Source of the DNA: Candidatus Latescibacterota bacterium
GTDB lineage: Bacteria > Latescibacterota > UBA2968 > GCA-2709665
Direction of reading: 5' to 3'
Length of the DNA stretch: 64,000 nt
Assembly: GCA_965208835.1 (NCBI GenBank)
Contig: OZ242358.1
Span: 4,928,001-4,992,000, forward strand
The notes beneath the pieces are model-generated. The model did no database searches. It was not told the origin of the DNA and was given only the letters and a program-made list of their open reading frames with translations. A program made the translations under genes and the position numbers. Below, piece after piece: positions 57,177 through 64,000 of the stretch; positions within the stretch are counted from its first letter, which is position 1, and every line of letters begins with the position of its first letter.

Positions 57177-57611
57177 ATGACACTCACCAGGTGGCAACCC
57201 AGGCGGCGCTTCGGGCTCGTTCCCGAGATCGATCGGTTCTTCGACAGCTTCTGGAGAGGTCCGCAACACGATCTCCCGGTACTGTCCACGTGGAGTCCGG
57301 CGACCGACGTGCAGGAGACCGACAAGGAACTGCTGGTTCACGTGGAGCTTCCCGGCCTGTCCAAGAATGACATCAAGGTCAACATGGACAACGGCGTGCT
57401 GACCGTCCAGGGCGAGAAGCAGCACGCGTCCGGGGAGAAGGAGAATCGGTACCACGTCTCCGAGCGGGCCTACGGTCGCTTTGCACGGTCGTTCACGCTT
57501 CCGTCCGAAGTGGACGCGGAGAAGATCAAGGCCGGATTCGAAAACGGCGTGCTCACGCTCACCCTTCCGAAGCTGAAGGCGGCCACGCCCACCGCGATCG
57601 AGATCGCGTAA
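57177..57611 (+). CDS. Hsp20/alpha-crystallin small heat-shock protein
   Basis: P..DV.E......VELPG....I.V, L.V.GEK, ER.YG.F.RSF.LP, A...NGVL..TLPK; AGGAGG RBS. Confidence 0.96.
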   Translation: MTLTRWQPRRRFGLVPEIDRFFDSFWRGPQHDLPVLSTWSPATDVQETDKELLVHVELPGLSKNDIKVNMDNGVLTVQGEKQHASGEKENRYHVSERAYGRFARSFTLPSEVDAEKIKAGFENGVLTLTLPKLKAATPTAIEIA

Positions 57612-57625
57612 CACGCAGCGCGCAC

Positions 57626-57664
57626 AAAAAAAGAGACCGACTGAAACACTGTCGGTCTCTTTTT
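57626..57664. terminator. Bidirectional intrinsic terminator
   Basis: aaaaaaagagaccgac-tgaaacact-gtcggtctcttttt. Confidence 0.85.
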
Positions 57665-57676
57665 CTCTAAGCCAAG

Positions 57677-57866
57677 AGCGGGTAGACGTAAGCCGGGAGA
57701 GGGGAGACGTAAGCCGGGAGAGGGGAGAGATCGGATGCCGTAAAGGGATTCCTTTTTTGCTGCAGACAAGTCGGAGGAACAAGCCGGCATAGGCTTCTTC
57801 TACCGTCTACCCTCTTCCCTCTACCCGCATTTTTTCTACCGGCTTCCCTCTCCCGTCTCACCGCCT
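57677..57866 (+). repeat. Heptamer-arm element copy 12 (core type B variant)
   Basis: Core gatcggatgccgtaaaggg...gctGCAgacaagtcggaggaacaagccggc. Confidence 0.88.
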
Positions 57867-57888
57867 TCAGGGGGTAGGTACTCATCCG

Positions 57889-58218
57889 TCAGAATTCGAG
57901 GTCCAGCGCGACGGCGAGCGCGCTGTCCAGCGCCCGGACCTTTTGCGGAGACAGGGCTCCGATGAAATGCTTCAATGCGGATTTTGGAATGCTGATCAGC
58001 TGGTCGCAGAAAATGCTGCTGTCGTGTTTCAGGCCCTCATCCACCCCCACGAGTACCTGCGTGGAAAGCGCGTCGAATGAAGAAAAAATCGGCGCACAGA
58101 TCACGCTCGAAAACCTGGAGTCAATAAGCGCCTGGCGGCTGACGATGACAAATACCCGGTAGTTCCGCGGGTCCTCACGCGATCCCCTGTAGACTCTGTA
58201 GAGCTCTCCGCGAGTCAC
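57889..58218 (-). CDS. PemK/MazF family toxin
   Basis: M.RGE.Y, R.FVIVS, VICAPI, EGLK..S...CDQL.SI.K..L...IG.L. Confidence 0.9.
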   Translation of the reverse strand: MTRGELYRVYRGSREDPRNYRVFVIVSRQALIDSRFSSVICAPIFSSFDALSTQVLVGVDEGLKHDSSIFCDQLISIPKSALKHFIGALSPQKVRALDSALAVALDLEF

Positions 58219-58454
58219 AGGTCGACCTGCCAGGAGAGTACGTCCTTCGCCTCATCGTTCAACTCCGACGCCTTCCGGTCCAGAATCTCCGCATCGCGGG
58301 AATCCCGGATCCGCCGTCTCAACAGAGCGACGTATTGACTCAATGCCGCTTCCAGGAACGCGGACCGGTTTTTCGGCGTATCGGGCGCCTTCAGCAGGCT
58401 GTCCATATCCCGGACCAGCCCCTCGGACAGGGTAATGGAAGTTTTTATTTTCAT
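58215..58454 (-). CDS. Ribbon-helix-helix antitoxin
   Basis: KTSITL...L...D...NRS.F.E.AL; GTGA overlap with the toxin gene. Confidence 0.85.
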   Translation of the reverse strand: MKIKTSITLSEGLVRDMDSLLKAPDTPKNRSAFLEAALSQYVALLRRRIRDSRDAEILDRKASELNDEAKDVLSWQVDL

Positions 58455-58488
58455 CCGGCCATCCTCATGAAAATGCGAAAGGTAGTAT

Positions 58489-58530
58489 ATTTATCTTACT
58501 AAAAGTAGGATAAATGGATATGTTTGTCAA
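58489..58530 (-). promoter_or_regulatory. Toxin-antitoxin promoter with overlapping palindromic operator
   Basis: Minus strand TTGACA-N17-TACTTT; inverted repeat atttatcttact-aaa-agtaggataaat overlaps the -10. Confidence 0.7.
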
Positions 58531-58548
58531 ATAAAGCAGTCGGCTAAG

Positions 58549-58735
58549 AGCGGGAAGAGGAAAGACGTTAGACGGGAGAGTAACACACACCCCGACACCA
58601 CCTGGGGAGACGTGAGCCGGGAGACGGGAGAGATTATCTGCCTTGTAAGGATTCTTCTCGTGCCGGAGGCAGAGAGGAAAAACACACCGGGCAAGGATAT
58701 CATCTACCGTCTAACCTCTTACCTCTACCCGCCTT
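58549..58735 (+). repeat. Heptamer-arm element copy 13 (C-rich module, core type A)
   Basis: Core tgccGGAggca; tandem with copy 14 through linker gcgacctctctccccggcccctcagaa. Confidence 0.9.
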
Positions 58736-58766
58736 TAGGCGACCTCTCTCCCCGGCCCCTCAGAAC

Positions 58767-58931
58767 CGGTAAGAGGTGAGACGTTAGACGGGAGAGATTG
58801 CCTGCCTTGTGAGGATTCTTTTCGTGCCAAAGGCAACGAGGAATAACATGCCCGGCAATGATCTCATCTACCGTCTACCCTCTCACCTCTACCCGCATTT
58901 CTTCTACCGTCTACCCTCTTCCCTCTCCCCG
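58767..58931 (+). repeat. Heptamer-arm element copy 14 (core type A)
   Basis: Core tgccAAAggca; the right arm overlaps the 3' end of the methyltransferase gene. Confidence 0.9.
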
Positions 58932-59902
58932 TCTTTTACGACCGGTCTCATGGATTCGATGTGCTCGGGGCCGGTCGCACAGCAGCCGCCGATGATCTGC
59001 GCACCCATGGCCTTCCACGCGCCGGCGTAATCGGCAAGTCGATCGGGGGTGTTGTCGCCCTGCTGCAGGATTTCGGCCGGATCATCCGGCGTTTCTTCGC
59101 CCTCAGCCGGTCCCAGCGGCGCGAGCGGACGGTATCCGATATTCGGGTACGCGCCCACGCAGCCGTCGAATGCCTCCCTGAGGAGGGGAAGGCCGGCCGA
59201 GACCTCTTCCGGCGGCGTGCACATGAGCAGCACGCCGGCGACACCGCGGCCTTCCAGAGACGCGGCGAGGTCCTCCAGACGTTCCTCGTATTGCATGGTC
59301 CCGTCTTCCCGGATATGCCGGACACCCAGAAAGACAGGCAGGCCGGACGCCGCACCGGCATCCGCGGCCGCCACACAGTCGGCAACATATCCCACGTATT
59401 CCACCCAGACCGCGTCCACGCGCACCCCGGCCAGCAGCTTCGCGTGGTCGCGAATCTCCTTCCGGTACGCGTCCTCCCCCAGAATGTCCACGTCGGACGC
59501 GGTGCCGCCAACCCGCCTCTGGACACACGGCGGCGCGATGCCGCCGGCCACAAACGCATCCGGATTCACGGCATCGCGCGCGGCTATCGCGTTTTCGCCC
59601 GCGGCTGTCGCGTACGCTTCCCACCTGTCGCCCAGGCCGATGGGTTCCATCCGCGTGGGGCTCGTCCAGAAATTGTTGCTGATGATGATATCGGCGCCCG
59701 CCCGCAGGTAGTCCCCGTGGACCTCCCTCACCGCTTCGGGCGCGTCGATATTGGCCGTGGCGGACCAGGCCTGGAGGCCGTCCTCCGTTGTGGCGCCCTT
59801 CAGCACGTCGACACCTCGACGCTGCAGCTCAGATCCCGTTCCGCCATCCAGGAGCAGCGTATCACCGCTCTCGAGTCGATCCAGAATTCCATTTGTAGAC
59901 AT
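58904..59902 (-). CDS. Homocysteine S-methyltransferase family protein
   Basis: LLDGG.GSEL, H..YLRAGADII, MC, YPN, IGGCC..GPEHI. Confidence 0.92.
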   Translation of the reverse strand: MSTNGILDRLESGDTLLLDGGTGSELQRRGVDVLKGATTEDGLQAWSATANIDAPEAVREVHGDYLRAGADIIISNNFWTSPTRMEPIGLGDRWEAYATAAGENAIAARDAVNPDAFVAGGIAPPCVQRRVGGTASDVDILGEDAYRKEIRDHAKLLAGVRVDAVWVEYVGYVADCVAAADAGAASGLPVFLGVRHIREDGTMQYEERLEDLAASLEGRGVAGVLLMCTPPEEVSAGLPLLREAFDGCVGAYPNIGYRPLAPLGPAEGEETPDDPAEILQQGDNTPDRLADYAGAWKAMGAQIIGGCCATGPEHIESMRPVVKDGEREEGRR

Positions 59903-59921
59903 CGATTCCTCCTTATAAAAA

Positions 59922-60122
59922 CGGGGAGAGGGGAGACGTTAGACGGGAGAGATCGGATGCCGTAAAGGGATTCTTTTTTGCCGCCGGCAAGTCGGAGGAA
60001 CAAATCGGCAAGGGCTTCTTCTACCGTCTACCCTCTTCCCTCTACCCGCATTTCTTCTACCGTCTCACCTCTACCGTCTACCCGCATTTCTTCTACCGTC
60101 TACCCTCTTACCTCTACCCGCC
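59922..60122 (+). repeat. Heptamer-arm element copy 15 (core type B variant)
   Basis: Core gatcggatgccgtaaaggg...tgccGCCggcaagtcgg; right arm in three blocks. Confidence 0.9.
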
Positions 60123-60143
60123 TTTAGGCGACCTCTCGCCCCG

Positions 60144-61403
60144 TCACGACAATCGCGAATCGATATCCGGCAGAGTAAATCGCACCGTATCGAACCGCCG
60201 GGCCATCGCGACCGCGCGTTCCCTTGCGCCGTCCGGGTCCCGTTTGCTCACCACGTCCAGAATACAGCCGGCAATTTCGGGAGCATCCTCCTCCGTCATG
60301 CCGTATCGGGTCACTTCCTGCACGCCAATGCGGAGGCCGTGTCTCCCCATCTCTTTCGGCGCGCCGGCGGCGTTGACCAGAATATGGCAGGCCTCCAACT
60401 CTCTGACCAGCGCGCCGCTTTCGCCGAACGCATCCACAACCGGCAGCACGGTGTGAGATTCCGTAAACCCCCGGTCCGCGCCCACCACCGGCGCGCCCTG
60501 TTCGTGCAGCGCCCGGCCCAGCGCTTTGGCATTGCCGATGATCGCGTCGGCGTGTGCCCGTCCGCACGCCATCCACTCCAGGAACGTACCCGCGAGCGAC
60601 GGCAGACGGCTGAGGTGGTGGTTGGCAATCATCAGCGGCGATATCGCCTTCGCGATCCGTTCCGCGACGTCCCTGTCGTTGGTCAAAATCATACCCCCCT
60701 GCGGACCGGCCAGCGTCTTGTGCGTGCTGGTGATGATGACGTCCGCGCCTTCCGTGAGCGGAGACTGAAACCGACCGCCGGCAATCAGCCCCATCACGTG
60801 GGCCGCGTCGTAAACGAGGATCGAACCGGGACTGTACCGATCCATCGCGGTCCGCAGTTCCCGCACGGGCTGGGGAAAGACGAAATGCGCCGATCCGATG
60901 CTGACGAGTCCGGGGCGATGCTCGCGGATCAGCGAAACCGTTCGATCCAGGTCGATATTGGCGTTCATGGCGTCCCACGGGACCGGAATCGACTTCAGTT
61001 CCACGTTCAATCCCGAGTTCGCCAGCTTGGCGGCGTACATGTGCCCATTATGCACCTCCAGTACTGTATCACCGGGACGCCCAAGCGCGAACAACGCGAT
61101 GAGGCCCGCGATATTCCCCGAGAGCGGACGCAGGTCCACGTACGCCGCCCCGAAAAGCTGCTTCGCCAGGTCCTGCGCGACCTCCTCCATCTGCGTGAGG
61201 AACGCATTTCCCGGATACCCCCGGTTTCGCGGATCGATACCGGTATACGACCCGTACCTGTGGTCGAGATCGTTCACGATCAGACGCTCCACCAGCGGAC
61301 TGGGCCTGGTCTCCGAGGCGATCAGATTCAGACAGCTTTCCCGGAAGGTTTTGTGTTTTTCGACCAGGGCATCAATTTCCGCGACTTTACGTTTATAGTC
61401 CAT
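60144..61403 (-). CDS. Serine hydroxymethyltransferase-like PLP enzyme (atypical)
   Basis: LIASE, PLSG, YDAAH..GLIAGG, TSTHKTLAGPQGG, R.G..E.TR.G; lacks the YAEG and GGHL.HG motifs. Confidence 0.85.
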   Translation of the reverse strand: MDYKRKVAEIDALVEKHKTFRESCLNLIASETRPSPLVERLIVNDLDHRYGSYTGIDPRNRGYPGNAFLTQMEEVAQDLAKQLFGAAYVDLRPLSGNIAGLIALFALGRPGDTVLEVHNGHMYAAKLANSGLNVELKSIPVPWDAMNANIDLDRTVSLIREHRPGLVSIGSAHFVFPQPVRELRTAMDRYSPGSILVYDAAHVMGLIAGGRFQSPLTEGADVIITSTHKTLAGPQGGMILTNDRDVAERIAKAISPLMIANHHLSRLPSLAGTFLEWMACGRAHADAIIGNAKALGRALHEQGAPVVGADRGFTESHTVLPVVDAFGESGALVRELEACHILVNAAGAPKEMGRHGLRIGVQEVTRYGMTEEDAPEIAGCILDVVSKRDPDGARERAVAMARRFDTVRFTLPDIDSRLS

Positions 61404-61416
61404 GGGGTAATCCCGT

Positions 61417-62475
61417 CTATATCGCTTTTCGGGTTAACGCCTCGATCAGGTCGACCTCGCTATAGAGAAGCGCGCGCGCAAAGGCGCCCTCGCCCAGGTA
61501 ATCGGTTGCGTTCCACACCCGGGGCGTGCTGTAATAGGCCGTTACGAGCCGCTCCCCCAACCGGACGGTGGAGGGATAGCCCAGGTCGCGGTTCCCCAGG
61601 TCGTCGCACACAATCAGGGGACCGCTCCAGGTCCGGCCCGAGTCTTTGCTCACCCTGGCCTGGACGCCGAACGGTTCGCGGCGGACGCCATACACCATCA
61701 GAACCCAGTCGTTGGACAGCAGCGTGAGGTCCGCCGGGTGTTCCCGCTCCCTGGTCACCTCCGACGGTTCGTCCCAGGTGCAGCCTCCATCCGTGGATCG
61801 GGACACCGAGACGAGGCCGCTCCGGTCCGCCGAACGCATCGCGGCCAGAAGAACCCCGTCGGACGTCAGGAGCAGGGCCGTTTCGTTGTACCGTTCGGCA
61901 ATCAGCGACGGCCGATCCCAGGTCCGGCCGTTGTCGTCGGAACGAAGGATATACGCGCAGTCGTCCGCTTCGTCTGCGGAATCGTTATCGGAACCGTAGA
62001 GCGGCAGCAGCATTGTCCCGCCGGGAAGGGTCACTATGTGGCCGAACGCGGAGTGCTTTTTCATCGCAGGGAATCCGAGGGGCCGATCGTCTTCCCAGCT
62101 TCGCCCTCCATCGCGTGAACGGACGACGCGCATCTGCACCCGACGCAACTCCGGAGACCAGGTACCGTCTTCGCCGTAGGACCCCTGTGTGTGGTACGCC
62201 AGCACAACGGTCTCGTCGGGCGCGACGCCCACCGCGGGATTCCGGTCGTCCGCCTGCGAGTCGACGATCACGACCGGCGATTCCCACGTACGCCCACCGT
62301 CCGTCGAACGGATCGCCTCCAGGCGGCCGGTAACGCCCACGTGACCCGCACCGGCGCGGATCACGGCCAGGACTTCCTCGCCGCGTACGCTGGCGAGTAC
62401 GGGAAAATAGCCCCGGTCCCTGCAGAGATACACCTCGGAAGCTGAAGGAAAATGGCGGAAATCAATGGTGGCCAT
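61417..62475 (-). CDS. BNR/Asp-box (exo-alpha-sialidase-like) protein
   Basis: Five S.D.G.TW-type Asp-boxes (STDGGRTW, SRDGGRSW, SDDNGRTW, STDGGCTW, SKDSGRTW); DLGYP. Confidence 0.9.
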   Translation of the reverse strand: MATIDFRHFPSASEVYLCRDRGYFPVLASVRGEEVLAVIRAGAGHVGVTGRLEAIRSTDGGRTWESPVVIVDSQADDRNPAVGVAPDETVVLAYHTQGSYGEDGTWSPELRRVQMRVVRSRDGGRSWEDDRPLGFPAMKKHSAFGHIVTLPGGTMLLPLYGSDNDSADEADDCAYILRSDDNGRTWDRPSLIAERYNETALLLTSDGVLLAAMRSADRSGLVSVSRSTDGGCTWDEPSEVTREREHPADLTLLSNDWVLMVYGVRREPFGVQARVSKDSGRTWSGPLIVCDDLGNRDLGYPSTVRLGERLVTAYYSTPRVWNATDYLGEGAFARALLYSEVDLIEALTRKAI

Positions 62476-62643
62476 GAGAAACCCCTTTCAATAATCAACT
62501 AACGGCGGGGGCGAATGCGTAAGTCAGCTCACACGAAGACACGAAGAAAAGCTGTCAGCTAAAGGCATAAAACAAAAGTCAGAAACCAAATTCAACATCC
62601 ACATCTCCCCAAATTCCCTGCCTACGGTGTGTTCCTTGAAAAA

Positions 62644-62775
62644 CGGGGAAGACGTGAGACGGGAGAGGGTAGAGATTGCCTGCCTTGCGAGGTTTCTTTT
62701 CGTGCCAGAGGCAAGAAAGATGAAAATATCGGGCAAGGACTTCCTCTACCGGCTTCCCTCTACCTTCTCACCGCC
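62644..62775 (+). repeat. Heptamer-arm element copy 16 (core type A)
   Basis: Core attgcctgccttgcgagg...tgccAGAggca...gggcaaggac. Confidence 0.9.
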
Positions 62776-62997
62776 TTTAGAATTGTCGCCGCTGGGCGCG
62801 GGGCCTGCCTTATGCATGGCGCGAATTCCCTCACAGGACTCACCCGATACGATGGCCTGCCAACACCGGCGGATAACGTAACGCAGTGCGGGACGGAACA
62901 ACGCGCCCTGCTTTGGAAGTACTCGCGAGAGACGTCGCCCACCAAAACCGAATGCCTATCTGATAACGAGACCTCTCCGCCGTGGGTCGCGGTGATT

Positions 62998-64000
62998 TCA
63001 CAGGCTCCAGACATGCGGTATGCGCCAGGTGTCGCCTGGAGCGACGTCGTAGATGTAGAACGGTTTTCCGGAAAACGCCTCCGCCTGGCCGGCGTCCGCG
63101 AGCGTAAACCTGCCCTTCTCAGCGGCCTTCAATCGCGTTCCGGTCTGCCCGCGCGTGTGCGAAATTGCCTTTCCATCGTACAGATCGCGCACCACCTCCA
63201 GCTTCAGCATGGGCGTGTCCGTCAGCAGCGTTGCGCCATCCACCTTCCCGATCCGTCCCTCGCTCAACAGCAGGTCCATCTCCTCCAGCGCGATCAGATA
63301 ACGGCCCTCCCCGGCATCCTCCACGCCCGCGACCCCGTACGACGAGTTACAGATGTAGTTGGGATGCCCGATGACCGCCGTCCGGCCTGTCAGCGAACCA
63401 TCCAGCGGAAGCGGGACGCGCGACGAGACGAGGATCCGGCGGTCGTCGATATCCACCGCACGCACCTCTCCCCCCCACGCTCCCGGGCCCTCCATCCCGA
63501 TCTCTCCAAATCGGAATTCCCTGCCGTTCACCACCTGCGCCCGCGGGAAGGAGTCGCCCTCACGCTCGACGAACGCCCAGTCCCCGTCGAATCGAATCGG
63601 CAGGCCGTCCACCTCGCCATCCAGAACCCCGTCGATGCCGTGCAGAATATAATGGACCCGATTGCCGATTTCGACCCTCATGCCCGCGGTGCGTCCATCC
63701 ACGGACAGCGGCGCAACCTCGTCAATATAGGTCGTCCCGGAAAACGGCTCGAGAACGCTCATGAACCGGTTTTCCTTCTCATGCAGTCCCGAACGCCGCA
63801 CGATCACGTACCGGTCCCACGGGCTGTGGCCCTGCAGTCCCGTCCCCTCCGCGAGCCCTGTGATCGCCGTCGAACCTGCCTCACCGATCATATGCAGACG
63901 GATTCCGGCGCCGTTTTCTTCGGTCCGCCAGGTCGCCGCCAGTCCGCCGGCCGTGCGGGCCCTCGCCACGTCCTTCACATACCCGTATCCGGGCGCCTCT
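62998..64000 (-). CDS. C-terminal part of a large protein, possibly heparinase II/III-like (N-terminus beyond window)
   Basis: Frame open to the right edge (..APGYGYVKDV..). RR.....F.SV.EP and a beta-rich tail resemble heparinase II/III-family C-termini. Confidence 0.5.
   Translation of the reverse strand, partial: EAPGYGYVKDVARARTAGGLAATWRTEENGAGIRLHMIGEAGSTAITGLAEGTGLQGHSPWDRYVIVRRSGLHEKENRFMSVLEPFSGTTYIDEVAPLSVDGRTAGMRVEIGNRVHYILHGIDGVLDGEVDGLPIRFDGDWAFVEREGDSFPRAQVVNGREFRFGEIGMEGPGAWGGEVRAVDIDDRRILVSSRVPLPLDGSLTGRTAVIGHPNYICNSSYGVAGVEDAGEGRYLIALEEMDLLLSEGRIGKVDGATLLTDTPMLKLEVVRDLYDGKAISHTRGQTGTRLKAAEKGRFTLADAGQAEAFSGKPFYIYDVAPGDTWRIPHVWSL

Noticed and set aside
4300-62775. Elements as integron attC sites (arms contain GTTAGAC and GTCTAAC; copies are co-oriented hairpins)
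   Set aside because: The order is reversed relative to attC (GTTRRRY left, RYYYAAC right), the motifs are only some of the heptamer variants, the flanking genes are housekeeping genes on both strands, and there is no integron integrase.
62810-62930. Possible decayed RAYT N-terminus (..LTRYD..NVTQC..RALL..)
   Set aside because: The resemblance is too weak by eye and needs frameshifts; a translated HMM search against Y1_Tnp would be required.

Overview
High-GC bacterial chromosomal window. By inference it comes from the FCB group, most likely Ca. Latescibacterota or a relative: it has a dockerin-like double EF-hand secreted protein, an FCB-type sigma54 activator, PhyH, BNR/sialidase and TPR proteins. 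Contents in order: (1) a >1310-aa secreted protein running off the left edge and missing from the ORF track; (2) a translation operon ispE-tRNA-Gln-rplY-pth-hppA-rpsF-rpsR-[four-helix-bundle gene]-rplI with no prs; (3) a 1230-aa TPR protein, a sigma54 activator and DegP; (4) phosphoesterase-uvrC-ogt-xerD followed by a GHMP kinase/GT2/GT-C cassette; (5) hisGDCB; (6) a surface-glycan region (GTs, nucleotide-sugar dehydrogenase, epimerase, C- and O-methyltransferases, YfhO-like GT-C, flippase) interrupted by an AddAB-like nuclease/helicase pair; (7) hsp20 under a sigma54 promoter with IHF site and upstream activator sites; (8) a MazEF-like toxin-antitoxin pair; (9) a homocysteine methyltransferase, an atypical SHMT-like enzyme and a sialidase-like gene. 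The most striking signal is non-coding. There are 16 copies of a modular intergenic element in which inverted heptamer-repeat arms (NNAGACG/NNAGAGG versus CGTCTNN/CCTCTNN) enclose a conserved ~75-bp bulged hairpin core, mostly capped by a c(GNA)g triloop. 15 of the 16 cores lie on the + strand whatever the direction of the flanking genes. The one inverted core sits beside an AT-rich four-helix-bundle (PF05635/Avd-like) gene that is itself framed by the same heptamer arms. This suggests an undescribed selfish repeat system with a protein-coding form and non-coding forms (inference). Several other small repeat families (GTAG-type REPs, TTCTTCC and GCTRTCA heptamers, TTCGACAAGCTCA palindromes) co-cluster in the same gaps. 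All calls were made by eye from the sequence, with no database searches.
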